Shown in pieces: positions 19,949 through 29,688 of a stretch of DNA of 64,000 nucleotides. This DNA comes from a bacterium (GTDB lineage: Bacteria > Electryoneota > JAOADG01): NCBI GenBank assembly GCA_963681965.1, contig OY820579.1, positions 3,104,001 through 3,168,000 of the forward strand, written 5' to 3'. The notes beneath the pieces were generated by a model. It was not told where the DNA came from. It did not search any database and worked only from the letters and a program-made list of their open reading frames with translations. A program made the translations under genes and the position numbers. Each line of letters starts with the position of its first letter. Positions within the stretch are counted from its first letter, which is position 1.

Positions 19949-21051
19949 TTCGAAGACCCTACCCGATTGAGTAAAAATCGTTCGAATGCAGCAATCGATT
20001 CTTCCCAGCGAAATCGCTGAATCGCTTGATTTGCCTGTCGAGCTAATTGAATGCGGTATTCCGGTTGCTCAATCAAATGAATGATGTTTATCGCCAAATC
20101 GCTGCTGAGTTTTGGCGGACTAAGCAATGCTGTTTCGTTATGGATCGCAAATTCGCGGTGTCCGCCGATATCGGTCAGACAAAGCGCTGCCCCGCATTGT
20201 GCTGCTTCAGCAGGCGGTAATCCCAGCCCTTCGATATGACTTGGTGATATAAAGATCGCAGCCTGATTGTAAATCGCTCTTAATTGAACTTGGGTTGGTT
20301 TTTGTCGGTAAACAATCCAATCCGGTAAAATCTCCGGTCGCGGTATCACACCGAAACAAACGCACGCGAGATCGGGAAATCGCTGTTTTACCTCTTCTAG
20401 CGCAGAAATACCGTCTGCAGTCCCTTTTAATTTCTCTTTATGACATAACATGACTACCGACTTCGGATTTCGATGCTCGATCTGCGTATCGATCCCGAAT
20501 ATTGAAAAGTCAAGTCCGTTCGGGATATACTCGCATTCAACATCCAGCTTCTGTCCGTATTCCTGTAACCAGCGGGAAATGACGATTTTATCCAAAGGCA
20601 ATCGCCAAGTTCTTACGACTCGATCGTGATCGACATTTTCAAATACTGTTTCGAGACCTTGGATTAAATAGATTTTCTTACCTTTTTCGGGTTGGTATGA
20701 ATTTACCCACTCAGCAGTTTCCCAAGCAGTTGCTACGACAAAATCGGCGTCGGGAATATTTTTTTCGGATAAACTGGGGATCCAGATCATGTTTACTTGA
20801 TTGTCGATTTGAAACCACTCATGTGGTAAATACCCGCCAAACATACCGATTTTTCGAACCAGATAGATCAAAAATCCGCGTATCAGCCGCCAAGTTCTGG
20901 ATTCATCGATCAACCGATAAGGACTGTGAACAACGGTTACATCGTGACCGCGTCGAACCAAACCGTTGGCATATTCATAGACAACTTTAAATCCTCCGAC
21001 AGGATTTTGTCCGGATCCGGGAAGTAAAATTGTGATTTTTATCTGTTTCAC
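19945..21051 (-). CDS. GT4 family glycosyltransferase
   Basis: GGFKVVYEYAN, ATAWETA, EGLGLPPAEA; start moved to GTG at 21051 to avoid overlap with upstream gene. Confidence 0.88.
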   Translation of the reverse strand: MKQIKITILLPGSGQNPVGGFKVVYEYANGLVRRGHDVTVVHSPYRLIDESRTWRLIRGFLIYLVRKIGMFGGYLPHEWFQIDNQVNMIWIPSLSEKNIPDADFVVATAWETAEWVNSYQPEKGKKIYLIQGLETVFENVDHDRVVRTWRLPLDKIVISRWLQEYGQKLDVECEYIPNGLDFSIFGIDTQIEHRNPKSVVMLCHKEKLKGTADGISALEEVKQRFPDLACVCFGVIPRPEILPDWIVYRQKPTQVQLRAIYNQAAIFISPSHIEGLGLPPAEAAQCGAALCLTDIGGHREFAIHNETALLSPPKLSSDLAINIIHLIEQPEYRIQLARQANQAIQRFRWEESIAAFERFLLNRVGSSK

Positions 21052-21059
21052 AAATCGGT

Positions 21060-22040
21060 CTAGTGTAAGAAATAAATGGATGCCAATCGTTGTGAATGTA
21101 GGAGACCGGCAAGATACCCGACCACCGACTTCACTTTCCATCGAATAGGCAATGTTCTAACTGCAATCAAAAAATTCGAACAGGCTTTCGACCAATTCGA
21201 TCGCCCTAAATTTGCTTTTCCCCAGTACCAATTCATTGCGCCTTGGGCTCGTTGAAGATCGACTACCGCCAATTTTTCGATGCTAGTCTTTTCAGCTATT
21301 AGAAATTGCTGAATTGCGTCGCCGTGACTTTGGAACATCGCATATTTGTGTTCGATACTCATTTGCGACGAATGAATTCGCCACATTCCCAAGTTAGAAT
21401 CGATAAATGAAAACTTCCCGATCAACGCTAACTTCAACCAGGTAGAATAATCGACAAATACAACGCCATCCGGTTGCCAAAAACCACCGATGCGATCCAG
21501 TGCGCTTCTTCGAATCATTACTGAAACGGCTGGAACGATATGATTCACCAGAAAGAGATGGTTCTGAATCGAACCGATTGGATTATTTAGATAAGATTCA
21601 TCGAGTATAGGGGTAGCGGGAATCTCTCTAATTTGATTGCCATCGTCACTGATCGAGAAAAATCTGCCCCAACTTAATACTACATCCTGCTTGTTAAATC
21701 CGCCAATCTGCACCGCCAACTTGTCTTGCGGCCAGACATCATCCCCTTCCAGAATCGCAATAAACTCTCCCTGTGATTGCTTTAGCGCTAGATTGTAAGA
21801 TTCACCCAATCGTTCGATTCCGCCATGCTCTTTGCTGATGATTGTTATTCGCGCATCGGTAAACGATCGAGCTATTTCTACTGTTCGGTCGGTCGAACCG
21901 TCATCTACAATCATCATCTCCCAATGACTGTAAGTCTGTGCCAAAACACTTCGGATACACTCACCAATATATTGCTGATGGTTATAAGTCGGCGAAATGA
22001 TTGTTACGAGGGGATTTGACATATCTAGCTCTGCCATCAT
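21060..22040 (-). CDS. GT2 family glycosyltransferase
   Basis: PTYN, VDDGSTD, LEGDD motifs. Confidence 0.9.
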   Translation of the reverse strand: MMAELDMSNPLVTIISPTYNHQQYIGECIRSVLAQTYSHWEMMIVDDGSTDRTVEIARSFTDARITIISKEHGGIERLGESYNLALKQSQGEFIAILEGDDVWPQDKLAVQIGGFNKQDVVLSWGRFFSISDDGNQIREIPATPILDESYLNNPIGSIQNHLFLVNHIVPAVSVMIRRSALDRIGGFWQPDGVVFVDYSTWLKLALIGKFSFIDSNLGMWRIHSSQMSIEHKYAMFQSHGDAIQQFLIAEKTSIEKLAVVDLQRAQGAMNWYWGKANLGRSNWSKACSNFLIAVRTLPIRWKVKSVVGYLAGLLHSQRLASIYFLH

Positions 22041-23296
22041 ACCGACTTATTTCTTCGAAGATAGAGGATGAATAACACAAAAATCACTAATTCCGTTAGT
22101 ATGACGGATAACGCCATTCCGATTCCTTCGAGTCGGGGAACCAGAATGATTGCCGCGATAATATTAACCGTTGCCGCAAAAATTAGTGTTCGATTGTAAG
22201 CTTTATCCATTCCTAAAGATAACATCCACTGCCCGCCAAGCATACCGTTGATCGCCGATAGCGGAGGCAGGATCGCCAAAACACGAAGGATGGTTACAGC
22301 ACCGGTAAATTCACTACCGAGTAGCCACTGAACTAAATATGGCGCAGTTAGAAAGATCACCGCACCGACCACGATATTACCACATCCCGAGACGATAATA
22401 CCAATTTTCGCCCATCGATACCCTTCATTGCGGTCTTTGTGCGTCAAGTAAGTCAATCGCGGATACATCGCTTGACTGAGCGGTGCCATCATTCCCAAGA
22501 CCGCTTTGCTGATTTTATCGGCACCGGCAAATTGCCCGATCACATACGGTGTCGAAATTAAACCCACGATAAGAACATTACCGATCGTGTAAACATTCAC
22601 TGCCAGTTTCGATACGAAGAGTGACCATCCGTCTTTCATAACCCGACGAATCGACGTGAAATCGGGAAGAAGAAGGGGAATTTCCTGCGATGCGATAAAA
22701 TAGGCGGTTCCTACCGATAGCAGACTGCCGGCAGCTTGAAAAATAAAGATCCGCTCTACATCTGTAGGTGTGTGTACAAATACAAAAATACAAACTAGAC
22801 TGAGCGCTTTCATCGAAACATCGAGTATCGCAACCAATTTCATCCGCTCTAACCCTTGGAAATACCACATTAGGTTGAACGATTGTAATATCGACCATGT
22901 CACGCCAATCCAGAGTAAAGTGATATGCGATCGTAAATTCTCGACAAATGGAGTAATAATGAGCAGAATGATAATGACAATGAGACTTAAAATCAGCTTA
23001 GCACCAAATACCGAAGCGATTAGGTTTCCCAATCGAGAGGTATCATCACGGTGTCGCGCAACTTCGCGGGTTGCCGACATCGTGAAACTGTATTCGATCA
23101 CACTGAGCGAATATAGTGCGACAGCCTGAACAAAAGCATAATTTCCCCAAACAACGGCGCCGAGAATTCTGGTCAAGTAAGGGATTGTGATAATTGGAAT
23201 TAAGTAATTGATAAAATGAACACAATACAATGCAAACACGTTTTGAACAAATCGCGTTTTGATGAGATTTCGCACATTGTCAATCAGATTATTCAT
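22037..23296 (-). CDS. wzx: Wzx-type oligosaccharide flippase
   Basis: Polytopic membrane protein; PYLTRILG, WYFQGLE; adjacent to glycosyltransferases. Confidence 0.85.
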   Translation of the reverse strand: MNNLIDNVRNLIKTRFVQNVFALYCVHFINYLIPIITIPYLTRILGAVVWGNYAFVQAVALYSLSVIEYSFTMSATREVARHRDDTSRLGNLIASVFGAKLILSLIVIIILLIITPFVENLRSHITLLWIGVTWSILQSFNLMWYFQGLERMKLVAILDVSMKALSLVCIFVFVHTPTDVERIFIFQAAGSLLSVGTAYFIASQEIPLLLPDFTSIRRVMKDGWSLFVSKLAVNVYTIGNVLIVGLISTPYVIGQFAGADKISKAVLGMMAPLSQAMYPRLTYLTHKDRNEGYRWAKIGIIVSGCGNIVVGAVIFLTAPYLVQWLLGSEFTGAVTILRVLAILPPLSAINGMLGGQWMLSLGMDKAYNRTLIFAATVNIIAAIILVPRLEGIGMALSVILTELVIFVLFILYLRRNKSV

Positions 23297-23367
23297 TCAA
23301 CTTCGAGATGAATCCTTTTGCTGTGTTCCAAGAGAATAAAATTAATTTAATGAAGATGCCGTAATCG

Positions 23368-24747
23368 TCAGCAGTCGAAAATCTTTCCCGGATTCAGAAT
23401 TCCGTTGGGATCAAATGTTGCTCGGATCGAGCGCATGATTTCCAATTCAACTGATCCGTGTTCCTTTTCGAACAAATCCTTATGACCGATTCCAATCCCG
23501 TGTTCGCCTGACAGCGAGCCGCCGATCGATAACGTAAACTCTTTCAGTTCGCGATTAAGAAGCTTTCCTGCTGCCCAGCTCTGATCGTTTCTTGGATCGG
23601 CAATAATCAATGCGTGCAAGATTCCCAATCCACAATGACCGAGTGTGAACAACTCAAGATCATTTCCTTCCTGCTTGAGTGTCGTTGCGCGATGATGAAC
23701 AAATTCGACTACTTTGGGTAATGATGCTACCGGAAAGACGACATCATTTCGAATAATCTGCCATCCTTCGTGAAATAGTTTGATCGCAGGCGTAGTGTAA
23801 TGACGTACTTCCCAGGGATCCTGTCCATTCGGAAGTTCGAATACCTCCCCACCGTTGCCTTCGACAATCGAAGTCGCCAGCTCGATCGATTCTTCGACCG
23901 ATGCAGTAGTACCGTGTGCTTCCAGGAAAATCATCGGTTGTTCGGTCAAACCGTAACCACGCAATTTGTTCACTGCTCGAACGGTATTGGCACCCAGATA
24001 CTCCACTGCAGCCAAATCGAGCCCGTACCGCATCATCTCAGCAATTGCGGTTACTGCGCTCGTTTCATCGTTAAAGCGATAAGCCGATTGTTTCTTATCG
24101 GAAGGTAAGCCACGGAGTCGAAGCGTGATACTAGTTGCAATTGCCAATGTTCCTTCGCTTCCCGAGATCAAATCGCTAAGATTGTATCCACTCGAACGCT
24201 TGACACATTTATTGCCGAATGTTACAATTTGTCCCGCTCCTGTCACTACATCGAGAGCCAGTACGTGTTCCCGGGTTCCGCCATATTTCACCGAATAAAT
24301 ACCACTCGCATTCGTTGCAACCATCCCTCCAATTGATGCAACATCAGCGCTGCCACCCGGTGAAGGGGGAAAAAACAAACCGTCTTTCCGTAGTCGTTCA
24401 TTGAGTTTATCGTAAACAACTCCCGGTTCTACAGTTGCCTGAAGATTATCGAGATCGACCTCGATGATACGATTCATCAAGGACAGATCCAGCACTATTC
24501 CTCCCGGAATTGGGATGGTATTCCCTTCCAGTGCTGAACCAGCGCCGCGTACAGTTAGCGGAACACGATGTCGATTGCACCATTCTACTAATAGCACAAT
24601 CTCGGGAACTGTCGTTGCATGAATAACCGCAATCGGTATCACTGGATCGAATGAGGATTCGTCGTGCGAAGCCACTTCCAGGGAATCGGGGTGAAAGTCA
24701 GCCTTATCGCCAAATAAGTCGGTAAGCTCGTTGTGAAATTGATTCAT
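23368..24747 (-). CDS. FAD-linked oxidase, GlcD/D-lactate dehydrogenase family
   Basis: RGAGSALEG, SIGGMVATNASG, GSEGTL, GEHGIG, LNPGK. Confidence 0.92.
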   Translation of the reverse strand: MNQFHNELTDLFGDKADFHPDSLEVASHDESSFDPVIPIAVIHATTVPEIVLLVEWCNRHRVPLTVRGAGSALEGNTIPIPGGIVLDLSLMNRIIEVDLDNLQATVEPGVVYDKLNERLRKDGLFFPPSPGGSADVASIGGMVATNASGIYSVKYGGTREHVLALDVVTGAGQIVTFGNKCVKRSSGYNLSDLISGSEGTLAIATSITLRLRGLPSDKKQSAYRFNDETSAVTAIAEMMRYGLDLAAVEYLGANTVRAVNKLRGYGLTEQPMIFLEAHGTTASVEESIELATSIVEGNGGEVFELPNGQDPWEVRHYTTPAIKLFHEGWQIIRNDVVFPVASLPKVVEFVHHRATTLKQEGNDLELFTLGHCGLGILHALIIADPRNDQSWAAGKLLNRELKEFTLSIGGSLSGEHGIGIGHKDLFEKEHGSVELEIMRSIRATFDPNGILNPGKIFDC

Positions 24748-24889
24748 AAATCTGTAACCCTAGGATTGAAGCCAATATACTACGATTTCAACACTAAATA
24801 TACTTTTTACGTCACTTCATTGCGAATGCACCACTTTTCCGATCTAGCGTTTTTACGTATTATATCCTTTCATAGAGGAGTACGCTTTC

Positions 24890-26044
24890 GTGTCGTTTAA
24901 GGTTCAAATGTTGCTTTTCTTCGTCATCGCTTTTTCCGTTCTATTCGGAATACACTGGGTGGTATATCGCCACCTCCGATTTGCATTCGACATTCCATCC
25001 AATAGTCTCTGGCTGAAAATCAGTTTAGCTAGTCTCGCGATCTGGTTGCTCGTAGCAATGGTTGCCGGACGCAATTGGCCCAATGCATTTACCGAATTCA
25101 TGGTACTAATTGCATATTACTGGTTAGGATTCGCTGTATATCTATTTGTTCTAGGGTTTAGCTGCGAAATTCTTTCAGGAATAGCAGTACTTACCAAAGC
25201 ACCGAAGTGGTCCGGTTACTCGTTTGAAACGATACGCCACGCGATTGGCTTAGTTACTTTTTCAATTGCAATTCTGTTGTCGATCGCTGGAATCATCGTT
25301 GCCAATGGCAAACTAGTGGTTCGCCAGATTGAATATCAAACGGAAAAGCTTGATCCGTCACTAAATGGTTTTAAAATTGTCATGGTCAGCGACATTCATC
25401 TTGGGGCAGTGAATCGCTTAGGATTTGCCAATAAAGTCGCAACCGCCATCAATGACCGAAATCCCGATTTGGTAGTCATTCCCGGTGACGTCGCTGATGG
25501 CGATCGGCATCATTTACCCGAGAAAATCGCCGGTTTAAACAATATTCATGCGAAATATGGTAAATTCTGGTCGACTGGAAACCACGAGTACTATACCGGA
25601 ACTGGAATGGTAACTAATTCAATGGCAGCGAGTGGTATTCCTGTCCTGCGAAACAGTGCGATCCCAATTGCCGACGGGAAAATATTTGTCGCGGGCGTGA
25701 ATGATCCTACCGACAAATCGATGGGTGGAGAAGGGTGCGATATCCGAAAAGCGCTTTCAGAGATTGATCGGACTAAACCAGTCATCTTACTCTCACACCA
25801 GCCCCGACAATTTCGTGACGCATTCCAACTGGGCGCTGACATTATGCTTTCCGGACATACCCATGGCGGTCAAACCTGGCCGTTTAATTATATCGTCGAT
25901 CGCGTCTGGGAAATTCCTCGCGGTTCGCATTACGAAGGGAAAGGGTTACTCTATGTCTCGGTAGGATGTGGGACGTGGGGTCCACCGATGCGACTTTCAC
26001 AACCCCCGGAATTAGTCGAAATTACGCTGAAACGACCGAATTGA
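24890..26044 (+). CDS. Membrane-anchored metallophosphoesterase (YkuE-like)
   Basis: N-terminal TM helices; SDIHLG, GD, GNHE, SHQP, GHTHGGQ. Confidence 0.92.
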   Translation: MSFKVQMLLFFVIAFSVLFGIHWVVYRHLRFAFDIPSNSLWLKISLASLAIWLLVAMVAGRNWPNAFTEFMVLIAYYWLGFAVYLFVLGFSCEILSGIAVLTKAPKWSGYSFETIRHAIGLVTFSIAILLSIAGIIVANGKLVVRQIEYQTEKLDPSLNGFKIVMVSDIHLGAVNRLGFANKVATAINDRNPDLVVIPGDVADGDRHHLPEKIAGLNNIHAKYGKFWSTGNHEYYTGTGMVTNSMAASGIPVLRNSAIPIADGKIFVAGVNDPTDKSMGGEGCDIRKALSEIDRTKPVILLSHQPRQFRDAFQLGADIMLSGHTHGGQTWPFNYIVDRVWEIPRGSHYEGKGLLYVSVGCGTWGPPMRLSQPPELVEITLKRPN

Positions 26045-26065
26045 CTTTTCTTTTCTGGCAATTAT

Positions 26066-26650
26066 ATGTTTGAAAATATTAAAATTGGAATTTTAGCATT
26101 ACAAGGCGATAGCGAACCGCACCGGTTAATGATTGAATCGGTTGGTGCAATCGCTACCTATGTCCGGCGACCTCAAGAGTTAATCAATCTACACGGATTG
26201 TTGTTACCGGGTGGTGAATCGACCACTATGACCAAATTACTTGCATTTTCCGGTCTTGATTTAGCAATTCCGGAAGCAGTTCGCAGCGGAATGGCAATTT
26301 GGGGAACGTGTGCCGGTTGCATTTTGTTAGGCAAACAAGGTTCCGATCCCCGTGTTCGAAGCTTCCAATTACTTGATATTACCGTATCCCGAAACGCCTA
26401 TGGTCGGCAAACGGAATCGTTCACTGCACCAGTGGTTTTGAAATTCTCAACCGATCCAATTCCCGGCGTATTCATTCGCGCGCCGATCATTGAAACGATT
26501 GGATCGGGCATCGAAATCGTCGGAACTTACGAAAATCGTCCGGTTCACATCGAATCGGGACGCATTTGGGCTAGTACTTTCCACCCGGAGTTAACTCAGG
26601 ACAATCGGCTGCACCAGCGATTCATCTCGATGGCGGGATCTAACAAGTGA
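26066..26650 (+). CDS. pdxT: PLP synthase glutaminase subunit
   Basis: LALQGD, PGGESTT, GTCAG, RNAYGRQ, FIRAP, FHPE. Confidence 0.95.
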   Translation: MFENIKIGILALQGDSEPHRLMIESVGAIATYVRRPQELINLHGLLLPGGESTTMTKLLAFSGLDLAIPEAVRSGMAIWGTCAGCILLGKQGSDPRVRSFQLLDITVSRNAYGRQTESFTAPVVLKFSTDPIPGVFIRAPIIETIGSGIEIVGTYENRPVHIESGRIWASTFHPELTQDNRLHQRFISMAGSNK

Positions 26651-27540
26651 TGACAAAAGCGACTCGTAATGCGATTTTTGATCTCAAACGGCTTAGTACC
26701 GCTTACGAAAATGCCAGTCAGAAACAGCAATCGCTTCTGGTTGAATTCGACAATCTGGACTTCATGCGAGCCATTCCAGCGGAACAATTCGATCTAATCT
26801 ATCTCGATCCACCATTCTGCACCGGAAAACGCCAACAATTAATCGACAAAAGTACCTCCGATAAATGTGAATATGACGACCGTTGGACCGAGGGTTTCGA
26901 GCATTATCTGGAATGGATGAAAGTACGATTGACCGAAATCCACCGGTTGCTAAAACCAACTGGTACCCTATTTCTACACCTTGACAATCATGCTTCGCAT
27001 TATCTCAAAATCGAGTTGGACCGGATCTTCGGTGCTCAGCATTTCATTAATGAAATCATTTGGCATTATACCGGTGGCGGGAGAAGTCGAACGCGCTTCT
27101 CGAAGAAACACGACACCATCTTCTGGTATGGAAAATCGAAGAACTTCACTTTCAATATCGATACGATTCGCCAACCCTATAAATCGACTAGCGGCTACGC
27201 CCAATTTGGCATCGTCAGTGCTGCTGGAAAAAAATACTTGCCTCATCCCGACGGAACCCCGCTTGACGATGTCTGGGAGATTCCAATTGTCAATCCGATG
27301 GCAAATGAGCGGATTGGATATCCTACCCAGAAGCCCGAACAATTATTGGAAAGAATCATTCAAGTCGCATCCAATCAAGGTGATTTAATCGGCGATTTCT
27401 TCTGTGGGAGTGGAACGACGCTGGCTGTTGCGGAACGCTGTATGCGTAAGTGGGTTGGCTGTGATGCCTCGAGACAAGCAATCGATGTAGTCAAGAAACG
27501 ATTAACCGAAATCAATGCAAACTATTTATTTGTATCCTGA
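26647..27540 (+). CDS. Site-specific amino (N6A/N4C) DNA methyltransferase, beta class
   Basis: IYLDPPF catalytic motif precedes YPTQKP and DFFCGSGTT SAM motif. Confidence 0.92.
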   Translation: MMTKATRNAIFDLKRLSTAYENASQKQQSLLVEFDNLDFMRAIPAEQFDLIYLDPPFCTGKRQQLIDKSTSDKCEYDDRWTEGFEHYLEWMKVRLTEIHRLLKPTGTLFLHLDNHASHYLKIELDRIFGAQHFINEIIWHYTGGGRSRTRFSKKHDTIFWYGKSKNFTFNIDTIRQPYKSTSGYAQFGIVSAAGKKYLPHPDGTPLDDVWEIPIVNPMANERIGYPTQKPEQLLERIIQVASNQGDLIGDFFCGSGTTLAVAERCMRKWVGCDASRQAIDVVKKRLTEINANYLFVS

Positions 27541-27543
27541 TGA

Positions 27544-27882
27544 TTAAAATGGCATTCCCCCATTGAAGAACGAAGCAAATGGACCCGCCGCCTCCTGTAG
27601 TTGTCGGTACGCCTCTTGCTTGGTCTTTTCGAATGCTTTATTCATTACTTCTTGTACTTTCGTTTGAAGTTCGGTGTGTCGTTCTGGTGTCGATAGTTCC
27701 TCGCTAATCACAACCGATAAAATCGTTCCCGTTCCCGAGATTCTCACTTCAATCAATCCATCTTCGGAACGTTCAGTTAGTACCAGTGTACTAAGCTTTA
27801 ATTTCATCTCGGCTAGCTTGCCCTTCATCTGCTGCGCTTGCTGCATGATATCGAACATGCCACCGCCACCAAAAAGACTCAT
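27544..27882 (-). CDS. YbaB/EbfC nucleoid-associated protein
   Basis: MQQAQQM helix, GLIEVRISG, size and position downstream of dnaX. Confidence 0.82.
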   Translation of the reverse strand: MSLFGGGGMFDIMQQAQQMKGKLAEMKLKLSTLVLTERSEDGLIEVRISGTGTILSVVISEELSTPERHTELQTKVQEVMNKAFEKTKQEAYRQLQEAAGPFASFFNGGMPF

Positions 27883-27912
27883 CGAATATCTCCAAAGTCT
27901 GGTATGTGAAAA

Positions 27913-29340
27913 TCAATCGGGAATTGGCATCAATTTGTATTTCTCGACCAATTTCTGTAACTCCGGATACTCGGCAATCATCGCTGCCAATCGTTGATCC
28001 AGCGTGCCGGAAGGTCGAATTTCGTCTTCTTGATTGTGAGTAGTTGGCGCAACCGATCGCGGTCGAGCATGACGATTGGGGTCAATCGTCGGTCGACTTG
28101 GAGTTGGCGGTGTTTCAGTCGAGGTTTCGATCTTAGGTTTAGGGATTACGCGAGATTGAGCGACAACCGGTTCAACGATTAGAGTTTTTTTTTCCTCGCT
28201 GACACTCGCAATGCCACTTTCCAACGATTTTAGTAACGTTGCCAGATCGACTGTTCGATCGAGACGCGTTAATCGTTGCAATAGCATTTCGACGCGAAGT
28301 CGGGGATTGTAACTACCGCGCAGGGAAGTCTCGGTTTCGGCAGTCAATTTCAACATTCGCAACAAATCGTTTTCGTCGAAGAGTGGCGCTTCAGTTTCGT
28401 ATAATCGCCGCTCTTCAGGTGTGAGAGCCAATCCATTGGCAGTCTTGAGCACATTCACCCGTAAAAGTAGTAAAAGATGCTCCATCAGACCGCGAATGAA
28501 ATCCGACAAATCGGCGCCGGTATTCATTAATGCTGCTACAAACCCAAAAGTCTCCGCAGTCTCATTCATTCGAACCATGCGCGTAATATCGAAGAATCGG
28601 TCGCTTCTGATCAATCCCAGTGCAGTGATCACTTCACTTTCAGTGACATTCGTTCCGCAAAACGCAATCATTTGATCAAGTAGCGACAATCCATCGCGTA
28701 ACGATCCATCGCTGCGTCGTGCAAGGATCGCTGCCGCTCCCGGTTCCAACTCAAGCCCTTCTTTCGCAGCCAATGCGGTAAGATGTCCCGCGACTTCGGC
28801 GGCATCCAACCGACGAAATTCGAAGCGTTGGCATCGTGAGAGTACAGTTGGTGGAACTTGATGAACGTCGGTGGTGGCAAGAATGAATACTGCATGTTCC
28901 GGAGGTTCTTCCAATGTCTTCAAGAATGCGTTGAATGCTTCCTTGGTGAACATGTGGACTTCGTCAACGATGACGACCCGTCGACGACCGGTTGATGGGG
29001 CGAACCGGATGTTATCCCGTAAACTGCGGACATCTTCGACACCGCGATTGGATGCCGCATCGATTTCCAATACGTCTAGACTACGCCCTTCAGTAATCTG
29101 AACACAGCTTTCGCATTCGCCGCACGGTTCGGTAGTATCACCGTTTTTACAATTCAATGCTTTGGCAAGAATTCGGGCGACGGTTGTCTTTCCCACTCCG
29201 CGGGGACCACCAAACAGGTAAGCGTGAGCGATCCGTTTTTGTGAAATAGCGCGTGTGAGTGTTCCGGTAACGTGTTCTTGTCCAATCACTTCATCGAAGC
29301 GTTGGGGGCGATAACGGCGAGCTAAGACGATATAGGACAC
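27913..29340 (-). CDS. dnaX: DNA polymerase III subunit tau/gamma
   Basis: LARRYRP, GPRGVGKTT, Zn module, EIDAASN, DEVHM, LKTLEEPP, SRC; GTG start at 29340 with GGAG RBS. Confidence 0.96.
   Translation of the reverse strand: MSYIVLARRYRPQRFDEVIGQEHVTGTLTRAISQKRIAHAYLFGGPRGVGKTTVARILAKALNCKNGDTTEPCGECESCVQITEGRSLDVLEIDAASNRGVEDVRSLRDNIRFAPSTGRRRVVIVDEVHMFTKEAFNAFLKTLEEPPEHAVFILATTDVHQVPPTVLSRCQRFEFRRLDAAEVAGHLTALAAKEGLELEPGAAAILARRSDGSLRDGLSLLDQMIAFCGTNVTESEVITALGLIRSDRFFDITRMVRMNETAETFGFVAALMNTGADLSDFIRGLMEHLLLLLRVNVLKTANGLALTPEERRLYETEAPLFDENDLLRMLKLTAETETSLRGSYNPRLRVEMLLQRLTRLDRTVDLATLLKSLESGIASVSEEKKTLIVEPVVAQSRVIPKPKIETSTETPPTPSRPTIDPNRHARPRSVAPTTHNQEDEIRPSGTLDQRLAAMIAEYPELQKLVEKYKLMPIPD
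28185..28193 (-). other. A9 slippage/frameshift site in dnaX
   Basis: GAG GAA AAA AAA ACT; both shifted frames stop within 1-3 codons. Confidence 0.7.
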
Positions 29341-29360
29341 GAATACTCCGGATAACGAGA

Positions 29361-29479
29361 ACCGACCCGGTGGGTTCGGCGACCCGCGGCACAGGGATTC
29401 AGGCGGACCGTTGCTCCCTTCCGGGCCTAGCGGGGTTGAGCCGTCGCACCTTGCGCGGGACCGGACCCAGCGGGTCGGC
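29361..29479 (-). ncRNA. ffs: Signal recognition particle RNA
   Basis: AACCCCGCTAGGCCCGGAAGGGAGCAACGG helix-8 motif, GCGCAA/GTGCCGC flanks, closing stem GCCGACCCG/CGGGTCGGT; located upstream of dnaX. Confidence 0.9.
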
Positions 29480-29574
29480 AGTCGATCATCATGCGGAGAA
29501 TCACCGCACGAAGTGCAGGAAAGTTGCGATAAAAACGCGCAATTTCCAAATCTGAAACACAAAACTACTGAGAG

Positions 29575-29647
29575 TGGACCTGAGCGGGCTCGAACCGCTG
29601 ACCCCCACGTTGCGAACGTGGTGCTCTCCCAACTGAGCTACAGGCCC
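29575..29647 (-). tRNA. tRNA-Ala(CGC), CCA not encoded
   Basis: GGGCCTGTAGCTCAGTTGGGAGAGC, anticodon arm CCACG-TTCGCAA-CGTGG, GTTCGAG, G3:U70 identity pair. Confidence 0.95.
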
Positions 29648-29659
29648 TTCGAACCGTCA

Positions 29660-29688
29660 AATATAAAAGCTCCGGTTACACAAGTCAA
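29660..29688 (-). promoter_or_regulatory. Sigma70-type promoter of tRNA-Ala
   Basis: TTGACT-17 bp-TATATT. Confidence 0.65.

Noticed and set aside
26647-27540. Restriction-modification or other defence island
   Set aside because: The neighbours are housekeeping genes; no nuclease or specificity subunit is present.
29341-29562. 74-aa N-terminal extension of DnaX in the ORF track
   Set aside because: It runs through the SRP RNA; DnaX homology and a GGAG RBS point to GTG at 29340.
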